The translations under genes and the position numbers were made by a program. The notes under the pieces are model-generated. The model saw only the letters and a program-made list of their open reading frames with translations. It was not told the DNA's origin and did not search any database. From the NCBI GenBank assembly GCA_038204165.1, contig JBBRDG010000006.1, positions 1 through 58,252 on the forward strand: a DNA stretch of 58,252 bases, given 5' to 3'. This document shows positions 18,685 through 27,112 of this stretch, in pieces; positions within the stretch are counted from its first letter, which is position 1; the number at the start of each line of letters is the position of its first letter. The DNA comes from Elusimicrobiales bacterium. Its GTDB lineage: Bacteria; Elusimicrobiota; Elusimicrobia; Elusimicrobiales; UBA9959.

Positions 18685-19939
18685 AAAACTCTGGCTTCCC
18701 AACGTAGAGGAGGTCCTGCCGGAAAACGACGTGAACTACGAAAAGGTCTTCGTCCCCAAGACCTTCGAGCTGTTTCCGCGTTTCCTGCATTGCCTGGCCC
18801 CGGGCGACGCCATCGTCAGCCCGCAGCCGCTCGACCGGGATTTTTGTTCCTACGTGGCCGGCCTGTCCGGGCTAGGCGAGACGAAGAAATGGCTGCTGGA
18901 GCTGGGCGCGCATAGCCGGCCCTATTCCCTGGTAGACTCGATCCTGGCGGACAAGGAGATAATGCTGCGGCTGGCCGGCAGGGCCGAGGGCGGCTCCTGG
19001 ATCATAGAACCTTTCATAGAATCCCCGCGCATCATGCGCCTCTCGCGCGAGACCGGCATCCCCACCGACAAGACCAACCCGCAGCTAGTCCTGAACGGCG
19101 TGGTCACCAGGCTGAACGACAAAGGCAGTTTCAAAGAACTGGCAAAAAAACTTGGGATAAAAGCCACCGGCGGCTATCTGGCCGACTCTATGCCCGCGCT
19201 GGAAAAAGCCATAGACCTGGTCTCAAAAGAGAACGGGGACCGCGTAATGCTACGCAAAACTTTATACGGCGGCGGCCTGGGGAACCTGAGCGGGGGCAGG
19301 GAACGTCTGCTGTACGAGATCCGCTCCTGGTACAACGGCGGGCGCATCCTGATAGAACCTTTCCTGGACATCCGGCAGGTGGCCGGTTCGCTGGCCGTAA
19401 TAGGCGAGGGCGGCGCGCGCTTCCTGGGCGTGGACGTGCAGACTTTCTGCGACGGCAAGTGGAGCGGTTTCGATTTCCCGCACCCCGAGGCCGGCCTGGC
19501 GGCCAGGATCAAGGACATGACGATGCTGGTGGGCGCGGAGGTCCACGCCATGGGCGCGCGCGGTTCGCTGAACTTGGACTGGGCGCTTACCGCGGCCGAG
19601 CCCGAGGAGCCGCTTACGCTGGAATGCAATTTCCGCAACAACGGTTTCGGTTTCGTGCTGGATTTCGCCGCGCGCTACTTCAGCGCCGCGCCCGAAGAAC
19701 TTTTTATCCGCTACCGCGAAGGCCTTTCCTGCGGGCACGGGAACACCTCCGCGCTGGTCCGCCGCCTGGCCGCCGTTACGGCCGCCGGGAAGCCGCTGCT
19801 GATAACCGGGCCGGGGTGCGCCTCGGGGGCCGTGATGATGACCCCGCCGCTGAAAGGGAAGTGTTCCATAGCTATTTTCTCCCGGGACCAGGCTTACATT
19901 AAGGAAGCCACCGCGGCTTTATCGGGGGCCGGCTTATGA
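18677..19939 (+). CDS. ATP-grasp ligase resembling PGM1-type peptide ligases
   Basis: N-terminal PGDAIVSPQPLDRDFCSYV, LNDKGSFKELAKKLGI, K..YGGGLGN, IEPF, and LD...ECNFR metal-binding motif. Confidence 0.7.
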   Translation: MPKKLWLPNVEEVLPENDVNYEKVFVPKTFELFPRFLHCLAPGDAIVSPQPLDRDFCSYVAGLSGLGETKKWLLELGAHSRPYSLVDSILADKEIMLRLAGRAEGGSWIIEPFIESPRIMRLSRETGIPTDKTNPQLVLNGVVTRLNDKGSFKELAKKLGIKATGGYLADSMPALEKAIDLVSKENGDRVMLRKTLYGGGLGNLSGGRERLLYEIRSWYNGGRILIEPFLDIRQVAGSLAVIGEGGARFLGVDVQTFCDGKWSGFDFPHPEAGLAARIKDMTMLVGAEVHAMGARGSLNLDWALTAAEPEEPLTLECNFRNNGFGFVLDFAARYFSAAPEELFIRYREGLSCGHGNTSALVRRLAAVTAAGKPLLITGPGCASGAVMMTPPLKGKCSIAIFSRDQAYIKEATAALSGAGL

Positions 19940-21105
19940 AGGAAAAACTTGCGGTCGCTTTTTCGTTCGCGCTGATCTTCGCTTTTTCCGCGGTAGATAA
20001 CGCCGTCTCGCCGATGGTGAAGCAGATCGCCGCCACCTACGCGGTGAACATGGAGGCCGTGCTCTGGTTCATCTCGGTGTGCACGGCCGGCACGGTGCTC
20101 GGCGTCTTCCTCGGCCCCTGGCTGGTGGCCGTTCTTAAACCGCTCAGGCTGCTTACCGGCGCCACCCTCCTTCTCTTCGCGGCCCAGGCCGGCTTTCTGC
20201 TGGGCGGAAACCTCGCGGCTGGGCTGGCATTCAGATTTTTATCCGGATTCTGCACCGGGGCCATAGCCTCGGTGATGTGGTGGCTGACCTTCCACGGAGT
20301 GCAAAAAAAATATTACCCGGCCATGATAGCGGTGCTGATGTCGGCCCGGCCGCTGGCCACGGCCATAGGCGTGCCGCTGGCCGGGCTGCTGGCCTGGGAA
20401 AGTTCCTGGCAGTTCCCGTACTGGCTGCTGGCGGGACTGATGGCGGTTTCGGGGCTGGCGCTGGCGAAGGTTTTTCCACAGGGCGACGGACAGGCGCCGG
20501 CAGCGGGGCTGTTCGAAGGCTACCGGCGGGCGCTGGGCGTGCCCTACGCGCTGCCGTATTACGCGGGCTTCACCATAAACCGCATGTGCTACTTCGGCTT
20601 CTACGCGGTGGCTGGAATCTGGTTCATCACCCATTACGGGCTGAACCTCAAAGCGATGAGCCTGGCGCTGCTGGTGATCGGCCTGGCCGAAGCCTCGATA
20701 AATTTTACGGTGCCGCGCATCATAAAACGGTTCGGACACCGGCGCACACTGAACGCGAGTCTGGCCGGTTCGCTGGTCTCGCTGCTGCTTTTCATCTGGG
20801 GCGGCCTGGAGCTGAAGGCGGCGGTGGCGCTGATAACGGTTTTCATGCTGCTGGACCGGGTCTACTCCATGGCGCTGGTCATAACCATCCCGGAAATGTT
20901 CCCCTCCACCGGCGATAAAACGGCCTTCGGCAGCCTGAACACCCTGACCGCCTGGGCGGGACTTTCGCTGGTGTCCGCGCTGGCGGGCAAGCTTATCCCG
21001 CTGACCGGCCTCCGGGCCGTGGAACTGATCCTCGTAGCCGCCTTTATTATAGGCACCTCCCTGCTCTATTACGTGCAGGCCAAGACCGTACTTAATAAGA
21101 GTTAA
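19936..21105 (+). CDS. MFS transporter
   Basis: About 12 TM helices; FRFLSG, GVPLAGLL....SWQFPY and IKRFGHRR; ATGA overlap with the ATP-grasp gene. Confidence 0.85.
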   Translation: MKEKLAVAFSFALIFAFSAVDNAVSPMVKQIAATYAVNMEAVLWFISVCTAGTVLGVFLGPWLVAVLKPLRLLTGATLLLFAAQAGFLLGGNLAAGLAFRFLSGFCTGAIASVMWWLTFHGVQKKYYPAMIAVLMSARPLATAIGVPLAGLLAWESSWQFPYWLLAGLMAVSGLALAKVFPQGDGQAPAAGLFEGYRRALGVPYALPYYAGFTINRMCYFGFYAVAGIWFITHYGLNLKAMSLALLVIGLAEASINFTVPRIIKRFGHRRTLNASLAGSLVSLLLFIWGGLELKAAVALITVFMLLDRVYSMALVITIPEMFPSTGDKTAFGSLNTLTAWAGLSLVSALAGKLIPLTGLRAVELILVAAFIIGTSLLYYVQAKTVLNKS

Positions 21106-21227
21106 TCACCGGAAAAAACCGCTCCAATACCCCTGAAACTCCACAGCCATCCCCGCCTTTTTCACAGATATCAATTTAGTATAATAGCCCGGTGCCTATA
21201 ACCCAGCCCCTACCCCCGGAGGATCTA

Positions 21228-22787
21228 ATGAAACTTTCCCTTTTTCTCCCATGCCTTTTATTGTTTTGCCAGCCTTCTTTCGCGAAGGACTCCCCTGGCG
21301 CGGCCCTTCCGGCCGGCGCTACCGTAGAAACGGACCCCAAATACCCGCCGGTAGTGACCTACACGCTCAAAAACGGCCTTAAACTACTTATCCTGGAGAA
21401 GAAGTTCGTCCCCACGGTGTCGTTCGCCATGACCTTCCGGGTCGGCAACGTGGACTGCCCTTCCGGCAAGACCGGCCTGGCGCATGTTTTCGAACACATG
21501 GCTTTTAAAGGCACCAAGGTCATGAACACCTCTGACTATGAGAAAGAAAAAGTAGTCCTCGCCAAAATAGAAGCGGCCGCTAAAAAAATGATAGCGGAAG
21601 AATCTCTGGGCGACAGCGCGGACCCCAAAAAGATCAGCGAACTGAGAAAAGATCTGGCCGACCTGGAAAAAGCGGCCGACGCTTACGCGGTTAACGCGGA
21701 ATTCACCAGCACTTTCGAGAAGATCGGGGCCAACGGCCTGAACGCCTACACCACGGTGGACGAAACCGTTTACCACATGTCCCTGCCCTCGGACAGGCTG
21801 GAAGCGTGGATGGTAATGGAATCCGACCGCTTTAAGAACCCCATCCTCCGGGAATTTTATAAAGAGCGCAGTGTTATCATGGAGGAAAGGCTCCGGGCGG
21901 AAGCCGATCCCGGCAGCGTGCTCTTCGAGAACATTGGCGCCGCCGCCTTCAAGGCGCACCCGTACAAGAACCCCACCCTGGGCTGGATGGACGACCTTAA
22001 AAAGCTCAGCCGGACCGACGCCGAGGCTTTTTACGCCAGGTACTACGTGCCCAACAACGCCACGCTGGCGGTAGTGGGCGACATTAAAACTGCCGAGGTT
22101 ATACGCCTGGCGGAGAAATATTTCGCAGACTGGGCGGCGAAGGAACTGCCCAGCACAGCCTACACGGTGGAACCTGCGCAAAATGCGGAAAAACGTGTTA
22201 ACATATTCTTCAACGCCAAACCCTCCTTCTACATGGGCTTCCACAACTCCGGGGAGAACCATCCCGACACGCCCGCGCTGATCATGCTCAGCGAAGTCCT
22301 TTCCAACGGCAAGACCGGCAGGTTCTACCACAACCTGGTGGAAGGCAAACAGCTGGCCCTGTACGCGGGGTCTTACCACGCCATCGCCAGCCGCTACCCC
22401 TCGCTATTCATGATAGCCGCGGCCCCCAAGGCCCCCCATACCAGCGCTGAACTTGAAGCTGCCGTCTGGGAGGAGCTAGAGGCCGTGAAGAAAACTCCAC
22501 CTACGGCCTGGGAAATGGAGAAGATCCTGAATAATTACGAAGCCGACATGATACGCGGGATGGAAAGCAACATAGAGCTCGCGAAAACCTTCTCGAGGGA
22601 CGACCGGATAACCGGTGACTGGAAATACAACTGGAAACTGCTCGAGCAGCTTAAGAAGATTACGCCCGAAGACGTTTCCAAGATTGCCGCCAAGTATCTT
22701 GTCCGCGCCAATTACACCATTGCAGCCATAACCCCTCCGCCGGCGGAAGCCGCCGCGGCCCCCGTGGAAGGAGCGAAAAAGAAATGA
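21228..22787 (+). CDS. M16 zinc peptidase, catalytic subunit
   Basis: HxxEH (GLAHVFEHMAFKGT), NAYT, KERSVIMEER and YYVPNNA; signal peptide; GGAGGA RBS before ATG 21228. Confidence 0.9.
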   Translation: MKLSLFLPCLLLFCQPSFAKDSPGAALPAGATVETDPKYPPVVTYTLKNGLKLLILEKKFVPTVSFAMTFRVGNVDCPSGKTGLAHVFEHMAFKGTKVMNTSDYEKEKVVLAKIEAAAKKMIAEESLGDSADPKKISELRKDLADLEKAADAYAVNAEFTSTFEKIGANGLNAYTTVDETVYHMSLPSDRLEAWMVMESDRFKNPILREFYKERSVIMEERLRAEADPGSVLFENIGAAAFKAHPYKNPTLGWMDDLKKLSRTDAEAFYARYYVPNNATLAVVGDIKTAEVIRLAEKYFADWAAKELPSTAYTVEPAQNAEKRVNIFFNAKPSFYMGFHNSGENHPDTPALIMLSEVLSNGKTGRFYHNLVEGKQLALYAGSYHAIASRYPSLFMIAAAPKAPHTSAELEAAVWEELEAVKKTPPTAWEMEKILNNYEADMIRGMESNIELAKTFSRDDRITGDWKYNWKLLEQLKKITPEDVSKIAAKYLVRANYTIAAITPPPAEAAAAPVEGAKKK

Positions 22788-24190
22788 AGAACTCTCTCTC
22801 TAAAGCCATACTAACAGGACTTATAATGACCACAACCACCTTTGCCGGCGCTTCCCACCCGGAACTTGCCAAGCTCGGCCAGATAAAATTCAGCGTGCCC
22901 GAAGTGTCCCGGCGCGTGATGGCTAACGGGCTTACGGTCTATATCCTTAAGGATAATACCCTGCCCGTGGTGCATATGTCAGCATTCATAAAGACCGGCA
23001 GCTCCTACGACCCCGCCGACAAGGTCGGCCTGGCGCAAATGACAGGCGCGCTCCTAAGGGACGGCGGCTCGGCCAAATATAAGGCCGAGGATATAGACAA
23101 AACGCTCGAATACCTGGGCGCCTCGCTGGAAACGGCCGCCTATACGGAAGAGACCCACACGGACCTGACAGTGCTTAAGAAGGACCTGGAAAAGACCCTG
23201 GACATCTACGCCGACGTCCTCCGGAACCCGGCCTTCGAGGAAGACAAGGTAAAGATAGTCCGCGACGAAACGCTTGAAATGATCCGCCGGCGCAACGATA
23301 AATCCTCTTCCGCCGTAATGCGCGAAGCTAAAAGAATGTACTTCGGCGTGAACCACCCTTACGGGCGCCGTACCGAACTTGCCACCATCGGCGCCATTAC
23401 CCGGGCGGACCTGGCGGCGTTCCACGCGGCCAACTTCAAACCCAACAACATCATTCTGGCGGTAAGCGGCGACTTCGCTTCCGAAGATGAAATGTTCGCG
23501 ATACTCAAGCAGAAGTTCGGCGACTGGAAAAGCGGAGAAGTGGTAAAGCCGATAATCCCGGCGCCGGCCCACACCTCCGGGCGGCAGCTTTACCTGACCG
23601 ACAAAGACGTGTCCCAGGCCTCTATAGCCATAATGCAGGAAGGCGTGAACCGCGTAAGCCCGGAGAACGATACGCTCTCCCTGCTGGCCGACATACTTGG
23701 CGGCGGGTTCCAGTCCCGACTGTTTACGGAAGTGCGCACCAAGCGGGGCCTGGCCTACACGGCGCAGTCCTACAGCGCCGGCCTGCGCGAGCTGGGCTTC
23801 TCCAACACCTACTGCGGCACCAAGCCGGAAACCTACTCCCAGGCCCTCACCGAGATCGTCCACCAGCTTACGCTGGTTGGTACCGAACCCGTCTCAAAAG
23901 AAGAACTTGAAAGAAGCAAGGGGGCCATAATTAACCCCTTCGTCTTCAAATTCTCAACCCCGCACAAGCTGGCCACGGAAAGGGCCCTTGAGGAGTTTTA
24001 CGGTTACAAAAAAGGTTACCTGGACAACTACGTGGCGGACATCTCCAGGATAGACGCGGCGCAGGTACTCGCGGCGGGCAAGAAGTATTTTAATCCCTCC
24101 AATGCCGTGATCTACGTAATCGGCAACTCCAAGAAGTTCGACAAGCCGCTTACCGACTTCGGCCCTGTCACGGAAGTGAAGGAAGATTAA
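22784..24190 (+). CDS. M16 peptidase, non-catalytic partner subunit
   Basis: M16 fold lacking HxxEH; GGGFQSRL..EVR.KRGLAY; ATGA overlap. Confidence 0.88.
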   Translation: MKNSLSKAILTGLIMTTTTFAGASHPELAKLGQIKFSVPEVSRRVMANGLTVYILKDNTLPVVHMSAFIKTGSSYDPADKVGLAQMTGALLRDGGSAKYKAEDIDKTLEYLGASLETAAYTEETHTDLTVLKKDLEKTLDIYADVLRNPAFEEDKVKIVRDETLEMIRRRNDKSSSAVMREAKRMYFGVNHPYGRRTELATIGAITRADLAAFHAANFKPNNIILAVSGDFASEDEMFAILKQKFGDWKSGEVVKPIIPAPAHTSGRQLYLTDKDVSQASIAIMQEGVNRVSPENDTLSLLADILGGGFQSRLFTEVRTKRGLAYTAQSYSAGLRELGFSNTYCGTKPETYSQALTEIVHQLTLVGTEPVSKEELERSKGAIINPFVFKFSTPHKLATERALEEFYGYKKGYLDNYVADISRIDAAQVLAAGKKYFNPSNAVIYVIGNSKKFDKPLTDFGPVTEVKED

Positions 24191-24205
24191 GCTGCCGTAC
24201 GCGGC

Positions 24206-24240
24206 AAAAGAAGAGGCCCCGCAAGGGGCCTTCTCTTTTT
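24206..24240. terminator. Bidirectional terminator between convergent genes
   Basis: AAAAGAAGAGGCCCC-gcaa-GGGGCCTTCTCTTTTT. Confidence 0.8.
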
Positions 24241-24252
24241 ACTACGGGCGCT

Positions 24253-24642
24253 CTATTTAGGTTCGGCGGCCAGCACCAGTTTAATCTCGTCGGGCAACTC
24301 CACCAGCTTTAGGTCCCGGCCCACGCAGACCAGGTCGGTTTCGGCCTTGGCCAACAGGCGCCCGGCCTGATTACTGATCTTGTAGGAAAACACTATGCGG
24401 TAAGGCGTGTGCTCCTTCACCGTCACCTCTATATCGAGAGTGTCATCGTAAAGGGCCGGGAACTTGTACTCAATCTCCTGCCGCCGCACCGCGAAGCCGA
24501 CGCCCTTTTCTAACAGGCCTTTTACGGTCAGCCGCCGCTGCTCCAGGTATTCGGTGCGCGCCTCCTCCATGTACTTCAGATAGTTGGCGTGGTAAACCGC
24601 GCCGCTGCAGTCGGTGTCGTAGTAGTAAATGCGCCGTTTCAT
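24253..24642 (-). CDS. YbgC/FadM family acyl-CoA thioesterase
   Basis: RIYYYDTDCSGAVYHANYLKYMEEAR. Confidence 0.88.
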   Translation of the reverse strand: MKRRIYYYDTDCSGAVYHANYLKYMEEARTEYLEQRRLTVKGLLEKGVGFAVRRQEIEYKFPALYDDTLDIEVTVKEHTPYRIVFSYKISNQAGRLLAKAETDLVCVGRDLKLVELPDEIKLVLAAEPK

Positions 24643-24649
24643 AACAGTT

Positions 24650-25066
24650 TTATTCTCCTATTATTTTGACAAGGAGCCGCTTGCGCCGCTGCCCGTCGAA
24701 TTCTCCGTAAAAGACCCTTTCCCAGGGCCCAAAATCCAGTTTGCCGTTGGTCACGGCCACTACCACTTCCCGGCCCATGATAGTGCGCTTAAGATGAGCG
24801 TCGCCGTTATCCTCACCGGTAAGGTTATGCTTGTAGCCTTCCGGGGCGTAAGGCGCCAGTCTCTCCACCCAGGCAAGGAAATCCTCGTGCAGCCCGGGTT
24901 CATTGTCGTTTATAAAAACGCTGGAGGTAATGTGCATGGAATTCACCAGGCACAGCCCCTCCCTTATCCCGCTCTTCTCCAGCTCTTCCTCCACCTGGGA
25001 GGTGATGTTGACCATCGCGCACCGCTCCTCAGTGCTCATCGTCAAATACGCCGTATGAGATTTCAT
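24650..25066 (-). CDS. yjbQ: YjbQ (UPF0047) family protein
   Basis: [25 protein letters not shown] and GPWE..FYGEFDG; start MKSHT. Confidence 0.88.
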   Translation of the reverse strand: MKSHTAYLTMSTEERCAMVNITSQVEEELEKSGIREGLCLVNSMHITSSVFINDNEPGLHEDFLAWVERLAPYAPEGYKHNLTGEDNGDAHLKRTIMGREVVVAVTNGKLDFGPWERVFYGEFDGQRRKRLLVKIIGE

Positions 25067-25131
25067 TCTTCCCCCTATACGAAACAATATTCCCGACCGG
25101 GATATTCTACAACTTTGGCCCGCGCCGGCTA

Positions 25132-25147
25132 CAGCTCGCGGCCGTGC
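25132..25147 (+). repeat. 16-bp target-site duplication, left copy
   Basis: CAGCTCGCGGCCGTGC, identical to 26604-26619. Confidence 0.9.
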
Positions 25148-26603
25148 TGTTGCAAGCAAGTTAAAATGTCATGGTTTTAGTTTTTTAGAAATGTCATGAT
25201 GCCTGGCTGCTTATTGCCGACTGTTGCGACGGTTTTTTCGCAGGAATGAACCTCCTCCACGGATGGTCTTTTCCCGGGATGCTCGTACCCGTGCCGTTTC
25301 CAACCCTGTTCAACTCACTGCGGTTGGTCGCATAGTACCCGCGATACGGCGGCTTGTTTATGTGCTTGTACCGCAGGTAAATCCCTTTAAACTTCAAATG
25401 CAGGCTGCCATCCAGCCATTCTTCGATGGTCACGATATTCCTGGGCCGTAGCCGGATGTCCTGATCTTTGGTGACCTGGAAAAACTTGTTATTGAAGCGT
25501 AGCGTGTAATCATTTGCCAGCGTCCGGTTTAACTTTACACACAAGATCTCATTCAGCCTGTGCGTTCTAAGCAACGGCCTGTGCGCGTTAAGCCTGCTCG
25601 CCGGGGCTACTGCGAATTTCCCGTTATGCCTGGCGATATAGTCGGTTTCAAGATACTTGTTGGCCGCCGCCATGTCCGATATCCCGGCCAGCCTCAGCTC
25701 TTTTACTAGCCGGTCCTGATGTGTACGGAAACCGCGCTCCACACGGCCTTTTGCCTGCGGGCTGTTGGCGAAGATCATCTCCACACCAAGCTCGCCCATC
25801 GCCCGCGTAAACTGCGACAGCGGCATAGCATCGCGCAGTTCTTCATCTATGCTCGCCTGACGGTTGATCTTATATATCGAGTCTTTATCGACGTAAATCG
25901 CAACAGGACGGCCATTCAGTCTAAGGTACTCTTTAGCGCACCGCATAAGATTCTCGGTGTCTTCCACAGTGATAAACCTGCCGTACAATATGCTGCTCGT
26001 GGCGTCATCGATAAATATAAGCAACGCGCACTTGGGGCCACGCCCCTCGAACCAGTCATGCTCTGAACCGTCCAACTGTACAAGCATCCCCACGCAGGAC
26101 CGCCGCTCTCGCCAGTCGCGATGCTTCGGCTTATGGGTTTTAGGCTTGTACAGCTCGGCCATTATCATGGCTTTGCGCAGGGTGTTCGTCGATACCTGGA
26201 TATCGTGGTCATCAAACAGATGCTCATTGGCCAAGGTGGGACCGAAATCGTAATAATGCCGCTTAACAAGGCCGACCGCTTCTTCGATAATGGCATCAGG
26301 TAGCTTGTTGTTGGACGGGAGGCCTTTCAGGCCGTGTATGACCCCGCCGTTGCCCTCTTCCCGCACGCGGGCGCAAAGCCGGCCTACCTGCCGCTCGGAA
26401 AGGGAAAGGATGTCCGCGGCCTGCGGCCAGGTTAATCTGCCGTCTATGGTGTTCTGTATCACTTTTAGTTTGTCTATTTCCCGGTTGCTCATGGTCAGTT
26501 GCTCCATTAAATCCCTCCCGGCTCGGTGCCTGAAGGGTTAGTTTACCGCAAACCATGACATTTCTACTTGCCGCTACCATGACATTTTAAAAAAATCGCT
26601 ACA
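25148..26603 (-). mobile_element. Complete 1456-bp IS1202-family (ISNCY) insertion sequence
   Basis: TGT...ACA termini; each end carries two AAATGTCATG boxes in inverted orientation; 16-bp flanking direct repeat; single DDE transposase. Confidence 0.9.
25194..26507 (-). CDS. IS1202/ISNCY-family DDE transposase
   Basis: N-terminal HTH, DFGPTL, VQLDGSEHDWFEGR, FIDDATS, YVDK, SPQAKGRVER and HPWR. Confidence 0.93.
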   Translation of the reverse strand: MEQLTMSNREIDKLKVIQNTIDGRLTWPQAADILSLSERQVGRLCARVREEGNGGVIHGLKGLPSNNKLPDAIIEEAVGLVKRHYYDFGPTLANEHLFDDHDIQVSTNTLRKAMIMAELYKPKTHKPKHRDWRERRSCVGMLVQLDGSEHDWFEGRGPKCALLIFIDDATSSILYGRFITVEDTENLMRCAKEYLRLNGRPVAIYVDKDSIYKINRQASIDEELRDAMPLSQFTRAMGELGVEMIFANSPQAKGRVERGFRTHQDRLVKELRLAGISDMAAANKYLETDYIARHNGKFAVAPASRLNAHRPLLRTHRLNEILCVKLNRTLANDYTLRFNNKFFQVTKDQDIRLRPRNIVTIEEWLDGSLHLKFKGIYLRYKHINKPPYRGYYATNRSELNRVGNGTGTSIPGKDHPWRRFIPAKKPSQQSAISSQAS

Positions 26604-26619
26604 CAGCTCGCGGCCGTGC
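26604..26619 (+). repeat. 16-bp target-site duplication, right copy
   Basis: CAGCTCGCGGCCGTGC. Confidence 0.9.
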
Positions 26620-26640
26620 TGTTGCTCCCGACCGGGGATT

Positions 26641-26649
26641 TGCTATAAT
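26641..26649 (+). promoter_or_regulatory. Extended -10 promoter of rpmB (leaderless)
   Basis: TGcTATAAT ending 6 nt before the ATG; no SD. Confidence 0.7.
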
Positions 26650-26655
26650 AAATGC

Positions 26656-26850
26656 ATGTCCTACAAATGCGAACTTTGCGGCAAAAAACCCGTTGCAGGA
26701 AACTCTTACAGCCATTCCAATAAGGCTTCCAAACGGATCTTCAAGCCCAACCTTAAGAAACAGAAAGTATCTCTGGACGGGAAGACCCAGTCCATTTACA
26801 TCTGCACCGTCTGCATAAAGAGCGGCAAAGCAGTACGCCCGCTTAAGTAA
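26656..26850 (+). CDS. rpmB: 50S ribosomal protein L28
   Basis: CELCGKKPVAGNSYSHSN...KRIFKPNL...CTVCIKSG. Confidence 0.95.
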   Translation: MSYKCELCGKKPVAGNSYSHSNKASKRIFKPNLKKQKVSLDGKTQSIYICTVCIKSGKAVRPLK

Positions 26851-27112
26851 ACAGAAAGGTACTTTCTTTATTTCTGGTTAAGGCCTCCCCAAGTCCGGGG
26901 GGGCCGTACTTATTGCGGAACCGCGGCCCCGCGGCGGTCTTCCTCCCGCCAAAAGTCGCCCCGCCAGGACTTCCGGCCAAATACGTCAACAAGAATTTAA
27001 TATTTTGTAAACAAGCCTTTTGTATAATTTCCCTATACAGTACTTATAATTAGCGAGGATTTTATAATCCTTACATTTTTATTTTTACCGAAGTTCAGCC
27101 GGAGGCCTTAAG

